This document shows, one piece after another, positions 39,330 through 54,379 of a stretch of 64,000 nucleotides of DNA; the stretch's first letter is position 1; each line of letters starts with the position of its first letter. The notes beneath the pieces are model-generated. The model saw only the letters and a program-made list of their open reading frames with translations. It did no database searches and had not been told where the DNA came from. The stretch comes from Paragordius varius (Eukaryota > Animalia > Nematomorpha): assembly GCA_964247055.1 (NCBI GenBank), contig OZ176053.1, positions 3,658,001-3,722,000 of the forward strand, read 5' to 3'. The translations under genes were made by a program, and so were the position numbers.

Positions 39330-40455
39330 CAAAAAAGAGGGTTATTTAACAAAAATTTTCATGAGATGGCCAGCGAATTCATTTGCCTCAAAATATTTAA
39401 TTGCTGACGACCTAGTTTTTGAAATAGTAAAACAAAATTAACCAAAAAGTGAAATAAAGATAATTAAAATAATGAAAACTTAGTTATGGTTTATTACCAT
39501 TTTAGCTGATATTTACACTTTATAAATAGCCTAAAATCATAAAGTTAGGTTTTTAACTAGAAAAAAATTCTCGTTTTTCTTTTTACATACTAAAAAACAA
39601 ATTTTTTTATAAAACCATAATAAAATAATTTTTTTCAATTATTTCTAACTCACTATTATAAATTTATCATTCATATATTATTCAGTAAAAAAACTTGTAT
39701 ATTAAAATAAAACTAAAAAGTTTTGTTTTTTATCTTTTCATTTTTTTGTCATCTGGTTTATGAGTGTATAAAAAGTTTACTGTATTTTGGAATCTAACAT
39801 GAGCGGCAATAAAGTATATAAATTTATTCATAGAATTAAAAGTAGTTGAATATCAACTAAAAATCCGCACAAATCCTGTAACAGGTTTGCTTTAACACAA
39901 ATTAATGTTTTTACTGGGATTTGTACGGATTTTACATAATATTCCACTACTTGTGAATCATATTTCGTATTAAACTATATAATAACAGCTTATGTAAGAT
40001 TTCAAAATAGTACAATAAATTTTTTTTAAACTCATAAACAGATGACAAAAAAATGGAAAAATAAGAAACATTTTTTTTATTTTTATTTTAATATATAAGT
40101 TTTTTACTTAATAAAGAATGTTAAGATATTAATAGAGTTTAGAAAATAATTAAAAAAATTATTATAATATAGTTTCATAAAAAAAATTGTCTTTTTGTTA
40201 AAAGAACGCCATCTTTTGAAGATTTTTATAATAACCCTAACTATATAATTTTTGGTATTTAATTGTAAATATCTGCTAAAATGAAAATAAACTATAACTT
40301 AAGTTTTATCATTATTTTTTTAATTATCCTTAATTTTCACTTTTTGCCCAATTTTGATTTTCTCTCAATTCAAAAACTAGGTCAACAAAATATTTTGCGG
40401 CAAATGAATTAGCTTGGTCATAAGCTATCTCATAAAAAAAAATTTTGCACACAGT
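39330..40455. repeat. Long imperfect palindrome (foldback-like), arms about 550 bp, spacer about 25 bp
   Basis: Paired blocks: AATTCATTTGCCTCAAAATATTT / AAATATTTTGCGGCAAATGAATT; GACCTAGTTTTTGAA / TTCAAAAACTAGGTC; TTTTTTTGTCATCTG / CAGATGACAAAAAAA; AAAATCCGCACAAATCC / GGATTTGTACGGATTTT. Confidence 0.85.
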
Positions 40456-41818
40456 GTTGAATATTAGAATGTTTTTTTATATTTCTCGTTGTTCTGAAGA
40501 TTTGTTAGTGCAAGGCAGTTTATAATATTAACTCACCATATCATTATAATATAATCATGCATTAATGTTCAATATATAATTAAAATTGTCAGGTTGAATA
40601 AATTAAAACATTTGTTGCGAAAATCATCACCCATAAATTAATGTAAACTATGCAGATATTAGCGTATAGTATGTCTTTTTGTTTGCAAAATAATATAATA
40701 ATAAAGTACAGTAAAAATTATTAAAAAACCATTTCTAATTTTAAACCTACTGCAAGAGAAATTTAATGTATCCTAATTTGAGACCAATTTTCGGATTGCA
40801 TGGTATGTATACATTGCTTTTTCATTTATTAGTGCCAGATATCATATTTAGCAAAGGAAAATATTTTTGGTTTAAAGTTATTTTTTCAATTTTTACAATA
40901 ATTAGCCAATACGATTGCTCTTTGATATATATGTTGTTTTAATATTTAATTAAAAACTAGCAGTCTATACTTAATCATACTATATAAGGATACAAAATAG
41001 TCAAAACCCTCGTGCAATACTTCAAAATTATTTATTAATCAAAATAATTACTTGAACTAAAATCATAATATTTGTGGGTAATGTTTGTGTTTTTGTTCAT
41101 CCAAAACTACTAATTATAGCATAAATTAAGCAATAAAGATAAATAGAGATTTAGTGGAATGAATATATAGAATGTGCTTTGGGAGAAATGGAATGTTTTT
41201 CGATATATATTATGGATGTTTGAGAGAGAGACTTTTAACAAGGCAGTTAAATTATATTATACTTTTGTGTGTTTATACTATAAATGTATGGATGTCATTT
41301 TTTGGAAAATTTTATGCAGTTGCTACGAATCAATTCCAAAAGACTACTTTTAAAAGTTGTGCTATAAACTACTTACATCATAATCTTAACACCAAAATAA
41401 TTGGTGTGTGCGCTGTATGTTAGTTAATTTTGAAGCAAAATATATATTATAATTACAACTTAATGAAATGACTAAATTTGATATAATGTATGAGAAAATG
41501 TCATGTCATAAAATAAATGAAGGTGATAAGCAATTAAAGCGTCACCCAATCCATATGCCAATAAGTCTGACAAATAAAATGTTAAAATTTCCAAAAATAT
41601 ATGGAATGTTTGTGTTAACAGGTCCAATAAAATAGTTACATGTATGTATATAATAAAAAAAATAATTTTAATCAATTGATTAATAATTTTAAAGTCATCA
41701 AAAAAAGAAGAGATAGTGGCTAGATAAAGGGAGAGAAATGACGTAGAAAATATGGTAAATTGCGATTTTCTAAACATATATTGGGCTATCATTATATGTG
41801 AAATATGGAACAAGCGCT

Positions 41819-44590
41819 TTAGATGGCGGATAAGCTGCTTTGCTTGTAAAAGGCCTTCTCCTAAAAAAGTGTTAAATAAAAGCAATATATGATTAACCAT
41901 AAAAGATATATCAAAATTCGAAGCCACAAAATATTTTTTAAGCTATAAAATAACTATTTTTACCTCGCCATTCTCAGAAAGAAGATAGGTGTTAGCATAT
42001 CTTCCAGTTCCGAAATCAGTGTAAGCGACTAATTCCGAGGGTGGTCTATTTTGACCATTGCTGTTTTTAGCCCAAAGCTATATAATAACAAACAATGATA
42101 TAATATTAAATATAAACCAATTTTTTTAGCCCATGATTTTTAATGATTTTCATACCTTAAGAGACTTTTCGGATTTGATCGCGGTGTTTGGTGGGAAGGT
42201 GTAAGTAATTTCGGGTCCATCCTCGACTCGACGTTTAATGGTCCAACCGGATATATCTTGATCCTAAATATGTTAAAATGTTTATAATATGTTTAAATAT
42301 TGGGTTTTTACATTAAAAAACGTTTAAAAGGAAACATTATCGTATTAGAACAAAAAACAAATTTATAGCCCCTTAAATTAGAATGTTTTGAACCAGGGGT
42401 GTCAACTCCTGGCCGGTAGGGGCCATGCGCACCTTCGACCTATTATTTGCGGTCCGCGAATTCGGAAATCCATAATGGGCAAATATATGCTCACAAAATC
42501 TTAGTAAAATTGATATTTTTAAAACAAAATTTAAGAATAAGGCTATTTTCAATTGAAATCGTACAATAAAAAATTGTTATATTAGTGTAAATTTTACAGT
42601 CGCTTATCTGAAAACTATTAATATATTTATTAATGCCCATCAATACTTTAAATGCGACCCGCCGGAATTCTTGAAAACGCGGCCCACGAAGTCATTTGAA
42701 AGAAATTTGATTAGCCTTTAACGAATAATATATTTTTCATTTAAATATTTATTATTTTTTAACCCCGTTAAAGTTCTAAATTAATGTAAGTCCTAAATAA
42801 TTAGCCCACATGGAAAAATAGATTTTTTCCTTTTTCCAAATCAGACGCAATCAGCGTCGATAAAAAACCTTGATTCTAGAACCATTCTCCAAAACAATAT
42901 AACTCCCATCAGCATCGATATCGGCGAAAGCAATATTTCCTCTGGCACTTCGTTGAACGTTTGTTTTGCTGGAACTTTCTTTCTGGACCATACGACTGCT
43001 ATAATAACGTTGTCCGCCTGATGCACCCCCACCACTACCACCGCCTAATAATAATCAATTTAATAAATGCATTTTTAAAATCAATTTACTGCATTTTATC
43101 AAGTATAATTAATAGTTAATAGCATAAAAATCTAAAAAATATGGGGGGGTAAAAGGTTAACAGTAAATGAATCTACATAAAAAATGTTTGTTCTTATTAT
43201 TTGTAAAGCCGGCAATAATTAATGGACTTAATATTTGGGGATATAAAACAATTAGAGGCTCTTTGAAAAGTCAAGACTCAAAAAATATAAAAGATATCAA
43301 AAATCAAACTAAGTAAGTCTTTTTCATATTTTAGATTTTATAATTTCAAAATTTCAATATAAATAAAAGATTTTTTAAGCATTTAAAATTTTTAAATCTA
43401 AAAAAGTTATAAATATTTATACCATATCGCATTGAGCTGCTGCTCGTATATCGGCCACCACCTGCACTGCTATCAAAGTTGACTTCATCGATAATTTGTT
43501 GGACAGCGGCCAATTTATCCGTAGCTTCTCGAATTCTATCAAAAATAAAATGTAATTTAAAATTTTTCAAAACGTTTAAAAAAGCATTAATAGTGACAAA
43601 AACAAAAGCGTTTAAATCATAAATAAAATCCGGGTAACTAAAATAAGGATAGCTGCATGCAATGTACATATGGACACACATGTCAAAACTCGAAAAATAT
43701 ATTTTTTTATATCTCAAAAATGTCTGAAAATGCAATTCAAAACTGTAAAGCAGCAATCTCCCTCCCTTTTTATACTGCTTTGGACAAGTCATAAAATAGC
43801 GAAAATACGATTTTTGCGTACTCAATATCAGATACATAATAATTTATTTGTTAAAAAAGCGGACTGTACAAAATGATGAGTTGGCCACATTAATCGTTTA
43901 CCTTGATTGTTCGGATAACATGGCATTGGCAATCGTAAAATCGATTGGCCTTTAACAAAAAAAATTAATTTATATTATTTTTGTAAATTCATGAATTAAT
44001 TGCAATTATCTGCAGTATAAATATTTCAATCATATTATGCGTAATAAATTTTAGATATTTCAAGGTATATCATCTATCTTGGCTAAAACTAATTATTTAC
44101 ATTCATTATAATTTGCGTATGTTTTATTAAAATGACCATGAAATTTTTATTTTTATGATATATATATCCAAAAATTTATTTAAATATCATCACTCAAAAC
44201 AACCATACTATCATAACAGGTAATTATAAATTAATTTTTCGGCAAGTAATAGAGAGATAGGTAAAGCTATAAAATTTTATAGTAAACCACGCTATATTGG
44301 CTACCATTAAAGGACAAATCTTTATAACAGACAAATTTTTAATTTTTATTAGTAAAAAATATATAATTTGGACGTGCTTTTCTGCGAAAAACACTAAATA
44401 TTTATATATATATAATGTTTTGTAATTATACATAATAACGTATATGAGATAAACAGTTTGTCATATCAAGGTAAAATTTATCTATCTCTATATTCATTAT
44501 TTTTTTATTGTTTTATTGAGGATGAGAAAAATAAAAACAATAAAAATAATTTTTGAATATGTTTTACAAACTAATATATATTAATTTGGC

Positions 44591-44631
<41 letters not shown>

Positions 44632-47600
44632 TATTTTACATTAATATTTGTCATTGTTGTTTTCTAAATATTGGCACATTGATGATGAATATATTATTAT
44701 AATTATGCCTATATCATAAAAAATATAACTAATCATATAATTAACAAAATATAATGTTTAAGTTAATACTTAATTTTCATAGCATAGCTTTGATTAATTT
44801 ATAGAATCTTATTCAAAAATATTTAGTTAAAGGTATTATAACTAGATAATTAAAAACCCGTAGATAAAGTCATATAGTTATTCAAACCATTGAACTTATA
44901 AAAAAAATGATTTAAGGTGATTTAATGAAGTTAAATGAGATACGGTTTTAAAAGGGATTTTAACTAAATTTTAATCAATTTATCAAAAAAATGATTTTTA
45001 TTTTACATTAGATTCTAAAATTACTACGAACCTAGTTTCCTCTTCTTCAAGCAAGCGTCTATAAACTTGGATTTCTCTTTCCAACGATAGTTTATGATCC
45101 AACATTTCCCTCAATTCCTCCATTTGACTTTCGAGTTTGGCCCGTAACTCATCAAGAGCCCGGTCTCGACTATTAAGGATATCACGATGGTGTTGACTAT
45201 CACTTTGGAACATGGTTTCCAACTCTTTCAATCGTTCACCCAAATGTCCATTCTACAAAAGAAGGGATATTTATATTTGACTTACTGTAGCCAAGCACGG
45301 TATAATGGTGGTTAACATATTCAGAAAATTATAAATTCCATTTAAAAAACTAGCAATCAATATGAATGACAGAAAAATCGAAAGCTTGGCCTTTAAAAAT
45401 ACACTACAAAAAACGAAAATCGTCTTGTAGAGGACCCTCCCTCCCGTCATGCAGTGTTAAATATAGACATGAATTAAATACCTCAGTTCTAAGAGTTAAA
45501 AGTTCACGGTTCAATTCGGTGACTTTGTCGCGAGCTTTTCGAGAATCTTCTTTAGCTGTAATTTCTTCTTGGGCTTTGCGGTTAGTCATGCTCATCATTT
45601 CTTGAATCTTGATAAAAATTAAAGTGTTTTTATATAGATTTTTTTTAAATTTGAATCGATTATTTTTTTATAATTTTGAATGCGATTAGGTTTATATTAA
45701 AGTATAGTATTAGGTTCTTACAATATATCTGGTAGGGTATAACTTATAGTATTAAACATAAAATTATTTAACCAATGTCCAAACTTTATATCTATCTAAT
45801 GCTTGTACATTATAAATATATATTGATTTTTTAGTTAACTCTCCTTTCTTTACCACAACTCTGTGTAAAATTATATGTAACTAAGTAAGATATTAACTTT
45901 GGTTTGGTAATAGGTGTCAGTGTCTGGTCTCTGTTTTGCCATATTTTCGTATTCTATACGTATCTCCTTAAGAGCATCAGATAATTCATTGTGGAAAATG
46001 TTTCTGTATTGATCCGTATCGTCCTTCAAAAACTTGTCCAACAATTCTTTCAATTCCTAGATACACGCACACGCCATAAACGATAGTTAGTTTTAGCGAT
46101 GGCTTAATCGATTTTTTGATCAATAAATGTAGGGTTTGTTTTTTTCAATTTAATATGTGGTCAAACTTTAACATCCGTATATTTCCGAAACATTGATTAA
46201 TTTTTATTTAACTGGAATGTTTTTAGCCTAGTTTGCTCATTTAGCGCAAATTTTTTTTTAAATAAATCAAAAATTTAATTTAAATTTAATATAATTATAT
46301 ACAATTATCCATCATGACCATTTTTAATTTGATAGTTTTTGGCATCTAATGCCAAACGATTACTATCATAAATCTTATGTTTTCATTTTATAATGAGTAA
46401 GTAAGTAAGGTTCATTAAAATAAAAAAAAAGATAATAATAAAAACAATTTTCAAGGTCGTATACGAGCAGTTTTGCCTAATACGTATGTATATAGCAGCT
46501 TTATCCTTATTGTTTACTTGTTTAATTCGTAAACTCATTAAAAGACAAATTCTACTCTTTTTGAAAAATTATAATTGACAATTAAAAACTTTAAAGTAGT
46601 CCATAATTTTTTAGGACTCAATTTCTATCTAAATAAAATATTTTTAAATCATTATATAATTTGACATTTAGGGGATAAAAATAAAAAGTAAATATATTAT
46701 CCAGACCAAAATTGACAGTCTTGACAAAAGCAAAAAAGTTGTTTTGGGTTTTTGCAAGTGTCAAATTCGAACACGCAAACCATCATTTAATTTATACATT
46801 TATAATTAAACAAAAATATTTTTTGGAGAAAAAAATAGGCCCCAGGTGAATATTATGGGAAAACAAAAAAAAATATATAAAACAATACAAATAATCTCTT
46901 TGAAGCAGAAAACTTTAATACATAATCTGCACTTTATCATATATCATAACATAAATTATATATGATGTGATTATGTATTCCAAATACGCATTTCTCTACC
47001 ATGAATACATAATTACATAATCCATAAAAATTTTGCAAAAACCTCTTTTACAAAATTGTATTGTATCTATTAAGCCAAGTTATTTTTTAACAAAGTTTGG
47101 TGACCAGAAAAGTTTTTCAAAAGTATGAAACAAAAGTTATTTTAGGATACTATACTTGTTGATGGACTTGGTTCTGGAAATCTAATTCATCTTCCAAAGT
47201 TTGGATCTTAGTTTCCAAATCTGCACGGAGCATACGTTCCTCATCTGTATTCTATATAAGCATCAATATATGTAAAATTTTTTGACTTTTTTAAGCCTCA
47301 AAGTTAGTGTAATATGTGTCAACTACCAACTACACATCACTAAAAGAAAGGCATATAATGGGATAAAGTTTTACATTGCAACATAATGCAATGGGAATGA
47401 AAAAAAGGTTAAATTATATATTTTCCAAATGATTGCTTTTTGCTTTTTTGGATAATAACGGAAAAATCAATATAACACAATAATTATGATTATTAATGAT
47501 TATAATAACAAATGATTAGTTTTGTAAAAATCAATGCGAAAAAATGAATAATATAGAGAGCTAGCTTTACAAATTAACGCTAATAAAAACTATTAATTTT

Positions 47601-49448
47601 CATTTTTCACACATAGATTTCATATTGGGTGTGAGAAGTTAAATTATGTTAAGAGTTAAGCTTAAAAAACAAAAAAAACAGTTAACCATTTGAACATTGC
47701 CAAGTTGCATTTGTAAGTTTTGTATTTCCTTCTTGTATCTGTGTAAATCGCCTTCAATAGCTTCGAGCTTACGTGTTAGGGCTTCCATCTGACCAATCTT
47801 CATAGCAAGTTCAACCTCAATCTGAACCAATTGGTTTTTATCGGTTTCTCGGAGACGGAAAACTTCCTCATACCTAAGGAGAAGAATTTATAATTGAAAC
47901 CCTTAAATTTTGTTAGCGCATTTAACTAATATTTTTAAATCCGAAAGAGATATTCAAAGACAGAATTATCTTTGTCTACCTTATAAATAATTTATAAAAT
48001 TGGAAAGAAAGAAAGCATTTATGTATGTATCTCACCAATAAACTACAAAATGCTAAATTTTATAATCATAAGTTATAATAGCTTTAAATGATCATATTTA
48101 TTGTTTCTATATGATTTACATTATAGGGTATGCAAAGATGATGTAAATTATCCCGTATGATAATTATCAAATCCAATCACTAATTACCTAAATACACATT
48201 TAGATATTGCCATAAATTTTTTTGCCTTATATATTCCTCTCTAAGGATTATCTGTAAAAATTTTGACTATATTTGTAAGGTTCAAACACGATCTGACTGT
48301 ATACACAATGGTCATTCAACTTTGCAATCAATCTTGTTTTATGTATATCTGTATATATTTTTTAATCTTAATTTAATGATTCTTAGGTGTATATTTATTA
48401 TTTTTGGTGTTTCAGAAAAAAAATTATCTATAAAAAGATAAACAGCTTAACACATTTTTAGGTAGTGAGTCACATGTTTAGACTGAGGTTAGGTTTATTA
48501 TGGATAAATACATTTTCTAAAATATCAGGCTATAATTATATAAAAGTGCATCTTATTTGTACGAAATTGTATAAATTATCTATCTTTAAGTATCAAAGAT
48601 GAGAAATATTTATATAATATATTTTATGTAATTAAAAAATTATTGTTATGCGTAGTCTAGACCACTTTAAGGCATATCTACATCTTACGTAAAAAAATTC
48701 CAAGAAACGAAATATGTTTTATTTACATAAAATAATATATGCATTGGTGGCTTAAATGTCGCATAAAAATTTTGAACATAAGACTCAATATTTTCATGGA
48801 AATACCTAGTGAGTCACATAGAGGCATTTTAAGCAATATTTAGAAATTAAAAATGGCAGTCATAAAAATAGAAAATGCATACTTATTTTTCCAATCATTC
48901 AAGTTATCATCGAGTTTGTGGCGTTTATCCTCGAGTCTTTCCCTTTCACGGTTATTTTCTTCCGTGACTTTACGGGCTTGGTTGAGTTCGGCCTCAAACA
49001 TACCCCGTAACATGTTTGAAATCTTTTCCAACTTCTCACGGTACAGTCCAATGTCGGCGGCCAATTTTTTGTTTTGGGCCTCCAAGAATCGCACATTCTC
49101 AATGTAATGAGCCAATCTATCATTCAAATCTTGCAAATCACGCTTCTCCTTTTCCCGTGAAGCAACTACACTAGCAATCGTAGTGTCTCCACTCTCAGTA
49201 TGTATGGTAGTTAGTCCATGTTGAGGAAATCTTCTAGGGCTCATAAAACGCGCCCCACCTCCAAAACCTGACCCACCGCCACCGCCACCTGAGCCAAAGG
49301 TTTTGTAGGTCGAAATTCGTGAATACCCACTACTACCGCCCCCATAGGTTGGGGAACCGGCCCGAGTTATAACGGCTCTCCTTGGTGTTATGCTTGAACG
49401 GTAAGTTCGGGTTTCTTCAACCGTGTGCGAAGATTTTGATTTAGACAT
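41819..49448 (-). CDS. Cytoplasmic intermediate filament protein (protostome type: long coil 1b, lamin-tail domain, no CaaX)
   Basis: Exons: 49448-48883, 47873-47687, 47251-47156, 46056-45898, 45607-45482, 45252-45032, (43949-43902), 43535-43423, 43044-42869, 42263-42156, 42077-41964, 41860-41819. Rod start EKRDLQDLNDRLAHYIENVRFLEAQN, rod end LEREIQVYRRLLEEEETR, LTD QRSARGNI..IVLEN..DISGWTIKRR..YTFP..LWA. Ends LSAI*, so no CaaX. Confidence 0.93.
42394..42720. mobile_element. hAT-type MITE inside an intermediate filament intron
   Basis: Left end CAGGGGTGTCAACTCC; subterminal GCGGTCCGCG, GCGACCCGCC and GCGGCCCACG motifs; right end decayed. Confidence 0.55.
44594..44626. repeat. (AT)n microsatellite
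   Basis: Pure AT run. Similar runs occur near 12608, 51600, 52138, 53157, 54341, 56080 and 57676. Confidence 0.9.
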
Positions 49449-49456
49449 TTGTTGTT

Positions 49457-50292
49457 CTAACAAAAAGAGATAGAGAGAAATAGGTGAAAAAATAATAAAT
49501 CTAGGATTAAGAGATGTTGTGATATTAAATTTATATTTTTAATCTTTATATGTGTATAATCGATTTTGAACCAATTATTTAACTCACAAACTATTTGGTT
49601 TTTAAACTATAAAATTGTTAATTTTTTAATAACGTCCGTAAAATGCTTTAGAGCATTGTAATTATTTGAAACTCTAATTTCCTCGTACATTTATATAAAA
49701 AAAGGTCAAAATTAAAGCCTGTCCTCTCATTTATAATTTTCGGCATAATTAAATTACATTAAAAATATTCATATCCATTTCTACCTTATATTGTAATTTT
49801 CTAACATGTGCAAAACCAAGGATAATGTAAAACGACGCACGAAATTGTTTAGAAAATTAGCCTAATACGCATATAAAAATGTTCTTTGTTTTAATAGGCC
49901 GCCTCCGACCGCATAGTTAAATTTTATAGTGTAGTAAAAGTTTTCCTCTTTGCAAAAAATGGTTTATAGATTTTTTATAACTATGAAAATTTTCACACAT
50001 GCTTAACAGGAATTTCCCCAACAATATATGTGTAAAAATAACATGTTGAGGTCTTTAAGCACAAGACTTATAAAAAATGTTTAAACATAGATATATTGAT
50101 TTTGAAATTTTTAGATACTGTTTCTTTCTAAACTTTAAAAATATTTGACTAGAGCCATTTTTTTATTTAAATATTGTTTTGTATTAAAATATAAAATTTT
50201 TTTTACCGACTTTAACAAAATTAAAATGGATATTATTAAAAAAAATTAAACATATTAATTAATTTAATGAAATAAAAAAATAATATTCTTAC
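49457..50292 (-). other. Probable 5'-UTR intron of the intermediate filament gene
   Basis: On the minus strand, an AAG|GTAAGA donor at 50292 and a pyrimidine-rich TTAG acceptor 8 nt upstream of the ATG. Confidence 0.5.
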
Positions 50293-52134
50293 CTTATTAC
50301 GTGAGCGATGAAGCGAATAATCAAGTTTTTTTAGTCGCAGAAAAAAAGATATTCAAAAATAAAAAATTATTTTTATTTCTAAAGATTAGTATAAATAATA
50401 CCAAAAACAACAATAAAGGTAGATAAACAGAGTACAAACGTTGTTAAAAGAAAACAAACTGTAAAATGAAATATGGTCAGCCTCTAAGGCTAAAAACAAA
50501 CAATACCAAATTTATTGCATATTTACAGTAGCGTTAGCCAACAAACAACAAATAGTTAAATTTAAACAATTTTTATCCTATGTTTTAACATTAATGTTGT
50601 ATATATTAATTATGGACAAACCATAATTATGCCATACTCTACTGTTATGAGCTTATTTAATAATTTCATACCCTCTGAAAAAAGATTGTCACATAACACT
50701 TGAATATTTTAAATTATTTTTTATAATTATATTAAACCCTAAAATTTTTGTGTTTATATCAAAATTCAAATATTTTTATAGAGTTTATAGAACAATTGTA
50801 AATATTAAAGAAGTATGTCGCGTAATTAAGTAAATTCAGAGGGTAAATAGTGACAATGATAAAATTATTAGGTATATTAAATTAATTAGGTTATTTTTAG
50901 CAACGTCTGTATAATCAATTAAAAGGGTTTTTAATTTATAAAAGCTATACTCGAAATATATTGTAAAACCTAGTGTTTATGGATTAATCGTATAATTAAA
51001 AGTTGTATGACTGCTTTTATAAAATTGCAAAGTTAAATATATATATAAAATTGAAATGTGCAAACCCTAAATCATATTATATTTGTGTCGTACTGAGGAG
51101 AGTTATAAAATAGTCTGCGTATCAGTAAACGTTTTTACATACTGATGATTTCAACAAATTTAATTTATGTTTAATTTTTGTTTTGCAAATTACGGAGAGG
51201 TTTTATAATATAGAATTAATCCCGTTTTATAACTTTTTTAAGCAATATTAATTATTATTATCAAATGTTAGTAAAATTAATTTGCAAAACTATTTATCAT
51301 CATTAAACCTTCAATCTTATTATTTATTCGAATATCCATAAAAATGTCTAAGGTCATTCATTTCAATACATACTATTTACTATATTTTATAAAGGCTAAA
51401 TTTTATTGGATAATTTTTAAACGCACTCTATTTTTTGGATTTAAATACTTTTAAATTATGTGGCTGTTAAAAATATAAAAAACTTATTGTTACCAATATC
51501 TTCACTGCTACTGCTTAGGCTGTGGTTTTCAACCAGTTTTTTCCGTGTTAAGGTAGAAAACATATTTGGTTTTAGGCGATTGATTGATTATTTATTGTTT
51601 ATATATATATATATATAATAGATTTATTATGATTATCTGCTTCCAAAGAGATTGAGCGAGATTGTTTTGTTTAATTTTAATATGTAATTACCGATTTTTT
51701 GGCATTAATCGATAAATATACATGTATGATAATATAGGTAGGTAAAGATTATCACCGAAATTAATAATCAGTTTGTTTTATTAAATAAATGAAATAAAAA
51801 ATTTGTCAAACATCCAAAAATAGGGGTAGTAATGAATAATAATTTGGTATGACCGAAAAATAAAATTATTACTAATTAAAATTAATAATTAAATTAAATT
51901 GGAAGCCAATTTGTAGGTTGTCGCCACTCTGTTTTATATTTATTTAGCTGTAGACATGGAGATGATTTGTCGAGACGATAAATTTATTTCAAAAAACAAT
52001 AATTTTGATATATGTCTAAATATAACTTTTTTTGCAGGTGTTAAGATCAAATGATTTTTATAAATTTTAAATTAAAATAGCTAACCCCTATTTACCAATT
52101 CATATATTTATAGTTTTCAACTATTGTTCCACTT

Positions 52135-52165
<31 letters not shown>

Positions 52166-53440
52166 AATTAACGAACGGTTTTTTGCTTCCTTATACAGGT
52201 ATATATATAAAAATTGTGCACATTATGTAAGGTTGACCTCGTTAATATTATATTATGTATAACAAACATATCAGGCAACACACAATTTGAATAATATAGC
52301 TAAAAACGCATTTAAAATTTAAAATATCATTAAAATCAAACCTTAAGAAATTATAAAAAAATTAAAATTAATATAAAATTATTTTGCATTTTGAATCCAA
52401 TTAAAGCCCCGCTCCCTATAAACGTGACTTTTAACATATGAATGATAACACAAGCAGACTATATTATTGTTAAAATTATTTATACCACACCATAATTTCT
52501 TTTTACAAAATTTACCTGTATAAATGGGATATTAGATGGATGAGCAAATAATTTATTTACGTGAATAATTAAAGAAAAAAATCGAATTTATTTGAATGAA
52601 TGCTATAATCGAATATATAAAGGTAGACAGAAAAGGTGCGCAAAAATAGCGGTTTTATGGAAGATGCGTATTTATAGCCAAAAAATTATTTATGTATGCT
52701 TTAAATTTTGTATATTTTTTTATTACAAATATATATGTCTATGTGTGTTTTTACGCGTAAAAATTAAGGATTTCTACTGTTTTAAGGATATAATATATAG
52801 CGTGTATGTTTTGTGTGTGTATATTAGAGATATATATTTATATTATATATATATTATTTTTTAGCTATATAAAAATTTTATTTACGGCAATATGTATTTT
52901 ATAAATAAATATGGTATAGTTAAATATAGCGGTAAACAACACGAGCAATATGAGAAAAATAGTGTTATAATTGTAAAGATTATAGGTTTGAAAGAATTTT
53001 AAAATTTGTAGACACAGTTTAAAACATTTTTCTTGGGCTCATTAATTTTGAAATTTTGAATTTTACCAAATCTAGAGATATATGATTTAGTTAATTACAA
53101 AATAAACTTTCATTAATGCGAAATATTACATTTTATAATACGGGTAAAAAATTTGTAATATATATATATATATATATATATATGAAAAAATTAATCAAGA
53201 TAACGGTTGAAAGGGCGTTTTGCACATTTTGATACATTGATAGTGATATTTAATTAATTTTTTATAATTTATTATATCACTATACTGATTCACATTTACA
53301 AATAGATTTTTTTAGTTTAAAAATTAATTAAAACGAAAACATTGATGAACAATACTATAAATTCCATGCCTTGAATAACAATACTTAATTAATATGGCGG
53401 GTAAAGTTAAAAAGTCGAAGGTAAAGGTATTAGTTAAAAC

Positions 53441-53654
53441 CACTGGTACTCACAAAAAATTTAAAGGGCCGCATAAAATATTTACCTTGTCTCAGGGGAC
53501 ACGCACCATATCGAAAATATTTCATAGCTGTTAGACACATTTGCAGATATTTATACTCAAAATAGATGCATCAATTAATAAGTAATTAAGGGCCATTAAA
53601 AGGCACTTTTAGGGCCGCATGTAGCTCGTGGGCCATGCGGCTGTAGTACCAAAG
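53441..53654. mobile_element. 214-bp hAT MITE with 8-bp target site duplication
   Basis: Ends CACTGGTACT...AGTACCAAAG, flanked by GTTAAAAC and GTTTAAAC (7 of 8 identical); internal GGGCCGCAT repeats. Confidence 0.75.
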
Positions 53655-54339
53655 GTTTAAACTGTTTTGGTTCCGGTTCCATATGTTTTTTAAAAAAACG
53701 GTTTCGGAAGTAATAGTTCCGGTTTCAAAAAATTATTTCTCAATTGACATAATTAGGTTTTAATTTCCGTTACCATCTTTTTTGATCAAGTCACGATTTT
53801 GGTTTTCTTTTTTAGAAAATTTACAGATATTCTATTTTTTGGTAGTTTGAATAAATAGCCGCAGAAATATGAAAATATAAGCCGCAAAAAAATTTTTTGA
53901 GCTATCCTCTGACATAAAAATACAGCTTTATGATTTAGGTATTAGAAAACAATGTAATCTATATAGTCATTGTGAATCAAATGATGAAAATAAAGATTCT
54001 TTATTCAACTGTTGATATTGCGGTTTAAATATTTTTGATATAAATATGGCGGTTTCTCAAACTTTTTAGATCTATCATATACTTAAAATATATTTTTTAA
54101 AGGCGTAATGTTCAGCAGTGCATTCACACCTATATACTAAAACAATTAAATTTAGGATTTACCAGCGAATTTGGAAAATTTTGCTAAGATACAAAGACTA
54201 AATTTTAAATCAATAAATAGTCCTACATTTTTAAAGTTCTTACATATGAACAATTTTAGCTTTTATGGCCAAGTTGAATGAAATATCTTGCATGGGTCTT
54301 AGTTAGCTTTTATAAGATATATTCAACAATAATAGATAG

Positions 54340-54379
<40 letters not shown>

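Noticed and set aside
41472-41927. 151-aa minus-strand ORF
   Set aside because: Overlaps the last IF exon and 3' UTR in another frame. T-rich Phe/Ile/Leu composition typical of stop-poor AT sequence; no motif.
41819-49448. Nuclear lamin interpretation
   Set aside because: No basic NLS between rod and LTD, and no C-terminal CaaX.
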